From positions 128,001 to 192,000 of the forward strand of contig CAWGLD010000003.1 in NCBI GenBank assembly GCA_963823335.1: DNA of 64,000 nucleotides, given 5' to 3'. This DNA comes from an uncultured delta proteobacterium (GTDB taxonomy: Bacteria; Desulfobacterota; Desulfobacteria; Desulfobacterales; B30-G6). Of the stretch, positions 58,811 through 64,000 are shown piece by piece (position 1 is the stretch's first letter; every line of letters begins with the position of its first letter). A program made the position numbers and the translations under genes. A model generated the notes under the pieces. The model worked only from the letters and a program-made list of their open reading frames with translations. It did not search any database and was not told the DNA's origin.

Positions 58811-61645
58811 ATGAGCGGCGGCGTAGACTATTGGTTGGGACAACTATTAAGTCTTGTATTTTATCTTATGACCATTGTTGTCTACAACCGTGCCAAGAAA
58901 GAATATGTGGGTGGTAAAATTGCCGCCGCCATCAACCTGATCATGGTTTGCCTGGTCATCCTTTTTTTTACTGATTTCATCGACTACTTTCTCCTGAAGC
59001 TGGTGCCCCTGGGGAAGGATACCATCACCATTTTAAAGATATTGCTGAAGCTGATCGCCATCTGTGTTCTTTTCTTTGGTGGTCTGAGGTTTTTCGCATC
59101 CAGGTCTATCGCGTCCGGTGTGGAACAGGATGACGATCTTTTGGTAGGTATCCATTCGGAACTGCCGCATCCGCAAATGACAGCCTCTCCTGCCGATAAC
59201 AAGTCAACGGTTGTCATAGAGGGCCTGTCCGATAAAAAGAAACCGAGACTTGGCCGATACGAGATCCTCGAGCAGATCGGCAAGGGTGCCATGGGAATCG
59301 TTTACAAGGGGCGGGATCCCAAACTGAATCGCTTAACAGCCATAAAGACCATTCGTTTTATTGATGAATATGACGAGGACAAAGCTGACCAGATAAAAAC
59401 CCAATTCTACCGGGAAGCAGAAGTCGTAGCCAGGCTCTCCCACAAAAACATCGTAATGATGTATGATGTGGGTGAAGATCTGGATCTGTCCTACCTTGCA
59501 ATGGAATTCCTGGAGGGAGAAAGCCTGGAGCGTCATACAACGGCAGGAAATCTGCTTCTCCTGGACCAGTGCTTCGATTATATCATACAGGTATGCGATG
59601 CACTTCACTATGCCCACAGCCAGGGTGTGGTTCACCGCGATATCAAACCCGGAAACATCATGATACTCAAGGGTGGCCTGGTAAAGGTCATGGATTTCGG
59701 TATTGCCAGAGCAGCCGGGGGTACAAAGACACGAACCGGGATTATCAAAGGTACCCCTTTTTACATGTCACCCGAACAGGCAAAAGGTGCCAATATCACC
59801 GGCGCTTCGGATATCTTCTCTCTGGGGGTTCTTTTTTATCAGCTGCTGACGGGTAAATTGCCATTTACTGGAGAGAATCTTGCGACCATCATGTATCAGA
59901 CAGCAAACGTGACCCCGGAACCCGTCACGACTTACCAACCGGATGTAGACCCCGCGGTAGTCTCGATACTCAACCAGGCACTTGAGAAAAATCCGGAAAT
60001 GCGTTTCGGCAGCGCAAAGGAAATGGCCGAAGCCTTGAGAAACCATGTTGAAAAGCTGAAAATGGATGCCGTTGCCCAGGGTGTCGACCCTGGCGGAGCT
60101 GCTTTTCCGGATACAGTTGATCGGGCTTTGGGATCTGAAACAGACCCGGTGGAGACCATCGATCTGTCAGATTTGGAGCAGGCATTGAAAACGGAAGCCC
60201 TGACGCCGGTTGAAAGGGATGCGACTGTTGTGGACGCCCGGGTCGTGCCTGAGGAGGATAAACCTGGGGAAGAGGGGCTGGATGATGTCAAGGATAAAAC
60301 ACGGAAAGGCTTTGACCTGGCAGAATTGAGAGAGATAATCGCTGCTGGGAGGCAAAAGGGCACTGGGGCTGAATCACCGCCCCTGAACGGCACCGATGCT
60401 GGTATGGAGGCTTATCAACGGGTCGATGCAGTTAAAACAGAGACCAATCGACAGATTGTAAAGGCGGATTCGTTCCAGGAGGATCTAGATGAAGCCGTTC
60501 TGCAGCCATACGAGCCCAAAAGACTCAAAGATGAAAGGAGAGCACTGCCGGGATACGCATTTCTGGTAGCATATGCTGTTCTCGCACTGATTGTGGTGGC
60601 AGGAGGCTATTACTTCTTCTGGAAGAGCCCGAATGCCGACAGCAGGCTTTTGAAAATGGTGTACTATAAGTATTTTGAATCAGCGGAGCAGAAAAATAAA
60701 AAAATGCGGGACGAACAGCAGCGACTGGTTCAGGAGATCATGAAACAGAAGATGCTTGAAAAACAAAAGCTCGCCCAGATTCAAGCGGACAAACAAACAG
60801 AACAGGAAAAGAGAGAATCCAGCGAAGAAGAGAAAAGAAAGATTCAACTGGCCCTTGCAACGAAGAAAATGGAGGCGCAGAAAAAACTGGAGGACGAGCG
60901 TCAAGCCAAACTGCTTAGGGAACAAAAGCAGGAAGAAGAAAGGCTGCGGCGAATTGAGGCGGAAAAGAATAAAGAGTCCGAACGCATTGCCAGAATTGCA
61001 GAGGAAAAGCAGCGCTTGCTGGAACAGCGGGAACGAATTGAAAAAGAAATGCGAGAGGCTGCCCTCCAAAAAGACCTCTCAACGGTCAAAACTGTCCTGT
61101 CGACCGCAGATACGTATCGAAAAAATGAAGATTATGATGCTGCCAAGAAACAATATGCAGCTGCCCTGGAATTGATTGAGCAGAGCGCCTACGGGGTTGA
61201 TTCACGGCTTTTACAACAAAAAGTCATAATCCAGGACAGACTGCTGCAGGAAGACATGGTATATGGCCCAAGGGGGTATATACGTTATCAGGATGCCTGG
61301 GTTTCTCCTGAAGAATATGAAGTGATACGTCTCAAAGAGGGCTATGTCAAATATCAGGGGGAATTCAGAGATTATCGAACCCTCCGGAAACTTATCCGTT
61401 CGAAAACAGAACCCCTGGTGGAATCTTATGTATTGTCAAAGTACAGCGATGAAACAATCCATAAACAGGATATCAAATACAAGGGACTCAACTTGAAGAA
61501 CAATACCAGCAAGCAGTCAAGATATATGGTTGATTACACGTGGGAGGTGTGGCGTTTCAAGGGTATTGAAGAGGGCGTCTGCTCGGTTGTGATCGCTTAT
61601 GATGTCGTAAAAGATTCCTGGGAGCTTATCGAGGGTTGTGAGTAA
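58811..61645 (+). CDS. Hanks-type Ser/Thr kinase: 3 TM, kinase, acidic linker, TM, coiled coil, C-terminal domain
   Basis: IGKGAMGIVY, AIK, HRDIKPGN, DFGIA, GTPFYMSPEQ, SDIFSLG. Confidence 0.95.
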   Translation: MSGGVDYWLGQLLSLVFYLMTIVVYNRAKKEYVGGKIAAAINLIMVCLVILFFTDFIDYFLLKLVPLGKDTITILKILLKLIAICVLFFGGLRFFASRSIASGVEQDDDLLVGIHSELPHPQMTASPADNKSTVVIEGLSDKKKPRLGRYEILEQIGKGAMGIVYKGRDPKLNRLTAIKTIRFIDEYDEDKADQIKTQFYREAEVVARLSHKNIVMMYDVGEDLDLSYLAMEFLEGESLERHTTAGNLLLLDQCFDYIIQVCDALHYAHSQGVVHRDIKPGNIMILKGGLVKVMDFGIARAAGGTKTRTGIIKGTPFYMSPEQAKGANITGASDIFSLGVLFYQLLTGKLPFTGENLATIMYQTANVTPEPVTTYQPDVDPAVVSILNQALEKNPEMRFGSAKEMAEALRNHVEKLKMDAVAQGVDPGGAAFPDTVDRALGSETDPVETIDLSDLEQALKTEALTPVERDATVVDARVVPEEDKPGEEGLDDVKDKTRKGFDLAELREIIAAGRQKGTGAESPPLNGTDAGMEAYQRVDAVKTETNRQIVKADSFQEDLDEAVLQPYEPKRLKDERRALPGYAFLVAYAVLALIVVAGGYYFFWKSPNADSRLLKMVYYKYFESAEQKNKKMRDEQQRLVQEIMKQKMLEKQKLAQIQADKQTEQEKRESSEEEKRKIQLALATKKMEAQKKLEDERQAKLLREQKQEEERLRRIEAEKNKESERIARIAEEKQRLLEQRERIEKEMREAALQKDLSTVKTVLSTADTYRKNEDYDAAKKQYAAALELIEQSAYGVDSRLLQQKVIIQDRLLQEDMVYGPRGYIRYQDAWVSPEEYEVIRLKEGYVKYQGEFRDYRTLRKLIRSKTEPLVESYVLSKYSDETIHKQDIKYKGLNLKNNTSKQSRYMVDYTWEVWRFKGIEEGVCSVVIAYDVVKDSWELIEGCE

Positions 61646-61858
61646 GAAGGGTCCAAGGGTAAAAGGGTTAGAGGTTCGGAGGGTAAGCCTGGCGGAAGAC
61701 AGTAAGCAGTCGGTAGAAGACAGGAGTCAGAAGTCAGAAGTCGGAGGACAGAAGACAGAATTCTGATTCTTCATCTTTTCATTCATAATTCGATGTTGGA
61801 CGTTGGATGTTCGATGTTCATCTTTTAACGCAACATAAAGCCTAGGTAAGCAATCAAT

Positions 61859-63532
61859 ATGTCCATCCAGGGAGACATTCAGACCTTTTCGCTGTCTGCG
61901 ATAGGGAGAATGATTCATGACGAAAAAAAAACGGGTATTTTGAACGTCAGCAGCGCCGATTCTGTCACCCGTATTTATTTCAAGCGGGGTGGCATTGTCT
62001 TCATCAGCGGCGACCTTGCCGAGGAACTTTCTCTGGGTGCATTGCTCAAAGCGGACAAACTGGTTCAAGAGACAGAAATCCAGAAGGCCCTGGAGATCGC
62101 TGCAAAATCAAACAAACGTCTGGGTGTTACCCTTGTTGAACAGGGGTATGTCACCCAAGAGGATTTGGTCAAAGTATTGAATCTGCAATTTAAAGAGGCT
62201 ATTTCAAAAGCATTGATCTGGAAAGAAGGCACCTTTGTATACACGGATGGGCTCGATGGATATGTGGAGGATATCAGACTGGATATGGATCCCATCCGCT
62301 TGGTTGCCGAGGCCGAGAGATGGAAGGAGTACCGGATCCTGATTCCAAATGATCAGGTTGTCTTTGAAATAAAAGATGTGGCGTTACGCCCCAACAGTTT
62401 TTCAACCGAGGGTGTCTATGATGTCATGCTTCTGGCCGATGGCAACCGTACCGTTGCAGAAATTATCCAGTCGACCGGTAAGACACGCATAGCGGTATAC
62501 AGGGCCCTCACCAGTCTTTTTGTCCAGGGTATTATCGAGAGAAAAAAAACACCTGAAGATATTCGAAAAGGCAGGCAGATCAGCGCCGAGTCCATCATGC
62601 GTTTTTTCCTGCCATTGATCAAAGAGATCGTGTCTGATTTTTCCACAGAGATGGGGGCTAAAAAAGCTGCGTCCATATTAGCCGGCAGCATTGCAACTTC
62701 ACCGCAAGCTGACACATTTCTTCAGGAGGTTCGCCCGGAGGATACAGTCGACACGATGATTAAAAATATCCGTGAAAAGATAGGGCGCTCATCGAAACCG
62801 GCTAAATCGACTGATCTGGCAAGGGGATTGAAAAACACCATCGTACAGATTCTCAAGGAAGAACATCGACTTCTGGGCCTCAAGGCCGTAAACGGAACGC
62901 TTCGACGCATGATGGCCCTGATTGAGAACATGCCCGCGGAGCAGAAGATCATCGCCGGATCTTTTGTGCCCCTTCTGGCCAAATTATTTGCGAGTGAAAA
63001 AGATTCCCAGGGGACAGAAGATATTTTCGCACATACCACATCGGGTGGCGGTGTTACCGAGGACACCAGCGGAACTCAAGCCCCGGATTTGAGTAATATC
63101 GGTGGGGCTGTGATAATCGCGTTCTACAGCAGAATTACCCAGATTCTTATCACGGATTTAGAAGAAAATCTTGGGGCGAAATCCCATGCGCTGTTTGATA
63201 ATATACTTAAAAACTCGGAATACCACCAGGAATTTTTATGCCGGTTCCATGCTGCTGACGACATCCCAACGAATGTAGAGAGGATCCGGCATCATATTTC
63301 GAATGAGGGCTATCGACTCAGCAAAATGAGTTTCATCAAAGGGTTTCAACAGGTATTGATTGAGCTTCTGTTGGAGGAAAGACGACTGCTGGGGAACAAG
63401 TCTACACACGCAAGTTTGTCCAAGATTAAGCAATTCATGTCTGATCCGAAACAGAGAGATCTCATGTCTCTATCGGCATATTTTGTCTCTACAATAGAAA
63501 CCCATGGGGCGTTAGAATGGACAATGGTTTAA
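61859..63532 (+). CDS. DUF4388-domain protein
   Basis: SIQGDIQTFSL..KKTGIL..IYFKRGGI..LGALL..RLG..WKEGTF; ADGNRTVAEI winged-helix; repeated helical C-terminal units. Confidence 0.85.
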   Translation: MSIQGDIQTFSLSAIGRMIHDEKKTGILNVSSADSVTRIYFKRGGIVFISGDLAEELSLGALLKADKLVQETEIQKALEIAAKSNKRLGVTLVEQGYVTQEDLVKVLNLQFKEAISKALIWKEGTFVYTDGLDGYVEDIRLDMDPIRLVAEAERWKEYRILIPNDQVVFEIKDVALRPNSFSTEGVYDVMLLADGNRTVAEIIQSTGKTRIAVYRALTSLFVQGIIERKKTPEDIRKGRQISAESIMRFFLPLIKEIVSDFSTEMGAKKAASILAGSIATSPQADTFLQEVRPEDTVDTMIKNIREKIGRSSKPAKSTDLARGLKNTIVQILKEEHRLLGLKAVNGTLRRMMALIENMPAEQKIIAGSFVPLLAKLFASEKDSQGTEDIFAHTTSGGGVTEDTSGTQAPDLSNIGGAVIIAFYSRITQILITDLEENLGAKSHALFDNILKNSEYHQEFLCRFHAADDIPTNVERIRHHISNEGYRLSKMSFIKGFQQVLIELLLEERRLLGNKSTHASLSKIKQFMSDPKQRDLMSLSAYFVSTIETHGALEWTMV

Positions 63533-64000
63533 ACTACTGGTTGGCGCAGCTCCTGATTCTGGTGTTCTACATCATGACCCTGTTGATATATAACCGTGCC
63601 AGAAATGAATATATCGGGGGAAAGATAGGCGCAGCCATCAACCTGATCATGGGCTTTCTGTTGGTGTTGTTTCTCTCCGATATTGTGGACTACTTCTTGC
63701 TTCTGGTTCTGCCCAGGCATGAGGATAGTGTTCAGATCATCAAGATCCTGCTGAGGTTGGCAGCCATCTGTATATTGTTTTTCGGTGGATTACGTTTTTT
63801 TGTCGGCAGGTCGCGTGTGGTGGAAGTGATGCAGCATACGGTCGACCTGAGAGATCACAAGACACGGCAACCAGAGCCTGAAATGCCGATCCAGGTACCC
63901 GAGATGACCCAGGTGACTAAAAATGTGGTGAAAAAACTGCCAAAACTGGGGCGGTATGAAATTCTGGAGCAGATCGGCCGGGGGGCCATGGGGATCGTAT
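63517..64000 (+). CDS. Second 3-TM Ser/Thr kinase paralog, 3'-truncated by window edge (not in ORF track)
   Basis: MDNGLNYWLAQLLILVFYIM..YNRARNEYIGGKIGAAINLIM..LFFGGLRFF..LGRYEILEQIGRGAMGIV; overlaps the DUF4388 stop. Confidence 0.9.
   Translation, partial: MDNGLNYWLAQLLILVFYIMTLLIYNRARNEYIGGKIGAAINLIMGFLLVLFLSDIVDYFLLLVLPRHEDSVQIIKILLRLAAICILFFGGLRFFVGRSRVVEVMQHTVDLRDHKTRQPEPEMPIQVPEMTQVTKNVVKKLPKLGRYEILEQIGRGAMGIV

Noticed and set aside
1-64000. tRNA, rRNA or transposase genes
   Set aside because: None recognised; the GGTTCGA hits I checked lie in repeat elements and lack cloverleaf context.

Overview
Bacterial chromosomal window, most likely from a Desulfobacterales-type deltaproteobacterium (Desulfobacterota). 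That assignment is inferred from gene content and repeat families, not from a search. Housekeeping genes include manA, xerD, an Xaa-Pro peptidase, recC/recB/recD, gpt, fabH, a NudF-like Nudix and an ilvE-like aminotransferase. Accessory modules: (1) a damaged 5.9-13.5 kb cluster of two solute-binding proteins, two tandem TonB-dependent receptors and a HAMP-PAS class III cyclase with guanylyl-cyclase-type specificity residues; (2) a Pfa-type lipid synthase (pfaA-like KS-AT-ACP2-KR-DH plus pfaD) split by a divergent MerR-like gene, with no pfaB/C nearby; (3) a CHASE2 adenylate cyclase-PP2C-double FHA trio; (4) an orphan B12/radical SAM RiPP maturase; (5) a tandem pair of dynamin-like GTPases; (6) two paralogous membrane Ser/Thr kinases with a shared 3-TM N-terminus flanking a DUF4388 protein. 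Intergenic DNA is rich in small repeats: several MITE/REP families (some with filled and empty sites, some nested), a 104-bp tandem array, a covarying two-hairpin motif in five copies, and an AT-rich islet with an unannotated acidic 53-aa ORF. No rRNA, tRNA, CRISPR array or transposase was recognised. All calls come from reading the sequence by eye; no searches were run.
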